From an uncultured virus (IMG/VR IMGVR_UViG_2795385499_000003) (lineage: Duplodnaviria > Heunggongvirae > Uroviricota > Caudoviricetes), in IMG/VR virus record IMGVR_UViG_2795385499_000003: a stretch of 64,000 nt of DNA, one strand, 5' to 3'. A model generated the notes under the pieces. The model worked only from the letters and a program-made list of their open reading frames with translations. It was not told the DNA's origin and ran no database searches. This document shows positions 63,876 to 64,000 of the stretch, piece by piece. The first letter of the stretch is position 1. The number at the start of each line of letters is the position of its first letter. Made by a program: the position numbers and the translations under genes.

Positions 63876-64000
63876 AAAAATGCTTTATTCTCTGTTACTG
63901 ATTGGCTGCGCCCTGTTGGGCGTCTTCCTGTGGCTGTCGTTACGTTCGGTAGAGGTTGTAGCGGTTCATGAGGATGGGGAGTTTAGCTCTGTTCTTGTAA
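63859..64000 (+). CDS. Second DUF943-like gene (partial, runs off window)
   Basis: MTVINKK...LWLSLR.VE.VAVH; overlaps DUF3289 stop as in first pair. Confidence 0.7.
   Translation, partial: MTVINKKMLYSLLLIGCALLGVFLWLSLRSVEVVAVHEDGEFSSVLV

Overview
Enterobacterales chromosomal hot spot centred on a tRNA-Arg(CCT) gene (argW-type, 38698-38772) with three stacked mobile elements. (1) 1-~38697: an apparently intact SfV-like temperate myophage, mostly on the minus strand. It has an HK97-type head, Mu-like contractile tail, pinholin/SAR endolysin/Rz/Rz1, Q, a replication gene with iterons, cro/cI with operators, xis and int; its left att end lies outside the window. Morons include an Ntn-hydrolase-like gene, an SOS-boxed umuD-like operon, a lone GtrII-like glucosyltransferase, terB-like/DUF3927, a frameshifted YebF/Cmi-like gene and a TGT/DpdA-like gene. 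(2) ~38773-60134: a ~21 kb P4/PICI-type satellite with int, alpA, antirepressor, C4/CI-type antisense RNA plus icd, and a primase-DUF927 helicase. Its late operon encodes no recognisable capsid, portal or TerL, but does encode a tape measure protein, a DUF5681 TerS-like protein, three small RhxxhE coiled-coil proteins and a DUF6246 tail-chaperone-like protein. This is the most unusual feature of the window. The satellite also has two mirror-image iteron clusters and a two-gene candidate defence operon with two LexA boxes. (3) 60135-64000: an older decayed island (deleted integrase) with tandem DUF3289/DUF943 pairs. All family assignments come from motif recognition and gene context only; no database searches were run.
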